Below are positions 60,323 to 64,000 of a stretch of 64,000 nucleotides of DNA, piece by piece. A model generated the notes under the pieces. It searched no databases. It was not told the origin of the DNA and was given only the letters and a program-made list of their open reading frames with translations. The stretch is from assembly GCF_021869535.1 (NCBI RefSeq), contig NW_026262604.1, positions 21,390,001 to 21,454,000 of the forward strand. Direction: 5' to 3'. Position 1 is the first letter of the stretch, and each line of letters opens with the position of its first letter. The position numbers were made by a program, and so were the translations under genes. This stretch comes from Mytilus californianus (lineage: Eukaryota).

Positions 60323-62389
60323 ATTAAAAAAAAAAAGACTACGACAATCATAAAAGGAATTATGATAATCAAATTCAATGTACTATTTAATAATAATTGA
60401 TAACTAATCGTAATTCATCATGTTCATATATTATTCTTTTTTCCTAGAGTCTGAAATTGGATTATTATTTAAAAAATTTAACGATTTTGTCAATTATGAG
60501 GAGATTGTATTAATCGTTTAAACACAGAGTAACACGTGTACATATATAAGTATAATAAAATTAGTCAGTTTATCAGTTTCCGTCATTAAATTTTAGAATA
60601 TAATGAATGGAAAAAAATGGTTGAAATGTAGTCACACGGGAACAAATGATCCGTTTTAAAACAAGTATGACGTAAAGATTGAAGTAGAAAATGGATTTCA
60701 AGTATCAAAGAATAAAACAATGTCAACATTGACCGACAATCTAATATGCCACAGCTGGCATTGTACTTATCACGTTATGTTAATGATCGTAGTATGGAAT
60801 AATGAAATAGAAAACATATATGATAATGCTGTATACGTGCATAGAAAAATGAAGGGTATGAATATTTGGTAATTCCGTGTATACGTCAACAACAACCGTT
60901 TATTGTTCTTATGTTACATCATCATATTCATCATCGTCTGATCATCAACTACGCCATTTGCATATAAAATGTAAATGTAAAAATAACATCTCAATTCTTA
61001 ACACACAAAACTGGTCAAACGAAAAGAAAAGCTTACTGTGCAAAAGCATGCTAATTAATGCCTTAGGGGGGTAAAATACTGAGCACTTATCGACACAGTA
61101 GTTATAACAGTATTGACACGATTTCTTTGCGCATAACATTTGTTTCTGGAATAGTCTTCAACATGTATACTAATGATAAAAAGTCTTGAAAGCCAAACAT
61201 ATAGAGCATCATAAAATATGGCTTATCGAGGTCCAACGAACACTTATATGGCACTTCATGCCTCTTTTCGCAATTCGGAATGGAAATTAATACACATCAT
61301 TGAAGTAGCATTATAAAGAACAAAACAATGTTTTGTGAGTGATAAATTTGTTAAACTAGCAAAATATGGGAGGGACACGCAAACAGAGATGGCAGTCAAA
61401 CTGATATGAAAGATGATGAAACTATAAATCCGCTAGGCACATGTTGTTAACATCACACTCAGTATAAGTATGTATTAATGTCGGAAGAAAAATTAAAAAA
61501 AAATCAAAAGTATTACCCATGATATTTTCTAATTTTATAGGAACTAAAGAAAATTGGTTTAACAGAACGAATTGACTGCTCATCTATGGAAACTTGCATT
61601 ACTTGAAGCATTTTAAAACAAGTATTTCATTTTTCTTTACTGAGCAGTAAGTTGACATCTTTCAGGAGGAACTATAAAAAGTTGAGAAGATTACTGCTGA
61701 CGTGTTATTTACCTTCCTTTGAACATCATTGATAACATATATGAGGTAGGCATAAAGGAATTTTATAATTTTGTTCACATGCTTAGGCCAAATATTCATG
61801 TATGAGCTTCGGAAAACAATAAACAAAACAGATATGCAAATTACTTTCTGTCAATGGCTTAATATGTAACATACGCAATTGATAAAAAGAAAATTTTTGG
61901 GATTGAAATACTAGTCTAAATCAACAATGACTACCTGTAACCATTGATTGGTCTAGGGGTATTTCTTTATTCCTTTATTACTTTGTTACAAATACATGCA
62001 TGTTTAATTTTAAACCAGTCAGTCAAAAATAATCTTTATAGAATGCAAAAATATTGTTTAAATCTATTGAAAAAGATTCAAATAATGACCGTTGGGCCGT
62101 ATTTAAAATTAAAAAAGAACAACTTGCTTCAAATAGCTGATAAGTTTAGACATAAAACAAATATCTAGATGAATGCATACTCGCATATTTTAAACCTTGA
62201 TTGTAGTATAAACAAAGAATTACTCAAACCAAGGTTGAGGTCAAATTAAAATAATTTCGAACCTGTACACCATGTTAGATGTGGAGACTCTACGTTTAAT
62301 GTATTATACAGTATATGAAAATCTATCCACATTGACGGCATATTCCCTCTAAGATATTTTTTTTTAAATTTTAATGTAATTAAGCTGTA

Positions 62390-64000
62390 TAAAAATAGGG
62401 AGATGAGGTAAGATTGCCAATGAAACAACTATCCACCAAAGTTCAAATACAGTGGATGTAAGTAATTATAGGCAGCTGTACGGCATTCAACAATGAGAAC
62501 CATAACCATACCGTATAGCCGGCTATAAAAGGCCCCGACATGAAAAAAATGAAACAATTCAATTGAGAAAACTAACGGTCTAATTTATAACAAAACAATT
62601 AACGAAAAACAAATATAACAGACATGAACCAACGAAAACGACTGCCCTACACACTCCTGACTTGAAACAGGCACAAAAAGAATTAAACATGTTTGTGAGC
62701 ACTCAACCCTCCCCTAACCTAGAATAGTGGTTTAATAGCACAACATAAGAACAAACTATAAAAATCAGTTAAAAAATACGTAAGTCATCATATCGATACA
62801 TCAGACATAAACACAGACCGGACGTGGCAGGATATTTATCTATCTTTCATCCCTAACAACAAAAAGGACACTAAGTACAGATCTTAGAGTACTCGCATTT
62901 ACTGACAGCTAGTTCAAAGCTAATAACAACTAATACAATATTCATGTATTTAAGACTTAAATATCAATCAGTACACATCCAACATCAAATGGATTTGGTG
63001 TAAAGACGTCACAAACAGTCAGAGAAAAACATGACCTTGTGCAATGCCAAAATGCCAAACGATCGACAGATTGTAGTACCGTTAAAGTGCATATGTGTAT
63101 AACAAAACTATCAGTATGATCATGATGAATTTAATTTACTGATAACGAAATCAATATTTATACCAATAAAAACAATGTTCAAAGATCTAATTAAAGTGTT
63201 GAATAGGTAATCTTTTAGAATGAGTTTATTTAAAGGATAGCTAAGTTTTCTTGGTTCGTATATAAATTTCCGGACTCGGTAAACAACATCACCATAAAAG
63301 TAAGTGCTATTCCGTCTGAAATAAGTTTTGTACAGGTACAGCCAAACTTGTAAACCAATTCTTTGTATCTATGGAATAATTAAGTGAAGGTTTTAAGTAA
63401 TTTGTGGTAACGAAATCCCTGACTTAAAAATTTATCAGTTATACATAGATTACGCTCATTTAGATCCAAAACGTCACTACAGACACGGGCATAACGAACG
63501 AGTTGGGATATATAGACACCGTAAGGAGGTGCCAGAGGAACATCACGGTCCAAAAAAGGAAAAATTAACAATAGGGAAATAAAAATAGGTAACTGTTGTT
63601 GTTGAATTTATCAATTTAATAGAATAAGACGGGTCGTTACTGAGTTTGACCATAAACTGTGTTTTATAACAGTACAGGAACAAGTCTGCTATTAAAGGGG
63701 CACAATTGGTGTCAATAGGAATACTTACAATTTTTCAATAAACTGTATTCTCTAAACTCCACAAATGGTTAATTCCACTATTTTCATATGTTTTATTACA
63801 AAAATTAATTATCAGTTCTTTGATAGTAGTTAAGGAACTCATTAAAAGCACTGAAATTCTAGTAGTAGAATACTTACTAGAGGCCGAGATGAAACGATAT
63901 TTTACGGGTGTTTTGTATAGTTTAATAATCAATACATTCAAATGTTCAGAGCTGTGGTTGTGACATGATAGTTTATTATATGACTCTCTGTGGAGCGTTA
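62390..64000 (-). mobile_element. Naiad-type element, second subfamily: RT remnant (63125-64000) plus ~730-bp 3' UTR (62390-63120)
   Basis: KLYKTPVKYRFISASSKYST...INHLWSLEN; IPIDTNCAPL-like segment at ~63690-63725; FPFLDRDVPLAPPYGVYISQLVRYARVCS...GFRYHKLLKTF. The UTR ends in the TTGTTTCATTGGCAATCTTACCTCATCT terminal motif. Confidence 0.85.

Noticed and set aside
1-64000. Same Naiad subfamily at both window ends as one giant repeat unit or LTR pair
   Set aside because: The two copies have different internal deletions and visible divergence, and the family is abundant, so independent insertions suffice.

Overview
AT-rich eukaryotic genomic DNA, almost entirely intergenic or intronic and dense in repeats, with three N-gaps. 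The repeat families look like those of a bivalve mollusc, probably Mytilus; that taxon call is inference from recall, not a database result. I found no prokaryotic genes, rRNA, true tRNA or CRISPR array. Most listed ORFs are chance frames or decayed transposon fragments. Recognisable content: (1) many copies and fragments of Naiad-type Penelope-like retroelements, one (26355-28545) still showing the permuted order GIY-YIG endonuclease, CxC linker, RT, 3' UTR; (2) a ~4.6-kb element bounded by inverted repeats (14452-19024) carrying a 28-bp hairpin minisatellite, AAGTTAACTT subterminal palindromes and an alternating A/B ~258-bp satellite; (3) adjoining piggyBac, I/Nimb-like LINE and Gypsy remnants (40830-44087); (4) a PIF/Harbinger transposase remnant (~47830-48380); (5) a head-to-tail cluster of Helentron-like non-autonomous elements (50571-57660) with nested SINE and LINE-tail insertions that have clear target-site duplications; (6) a few candidate host exons, the best pair being 38303-38463 and 39204-39233, which splice to a C-terminus ending CCVI-stop. 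Boundaries of decayed elements are approximate because all alignments were done by eye.
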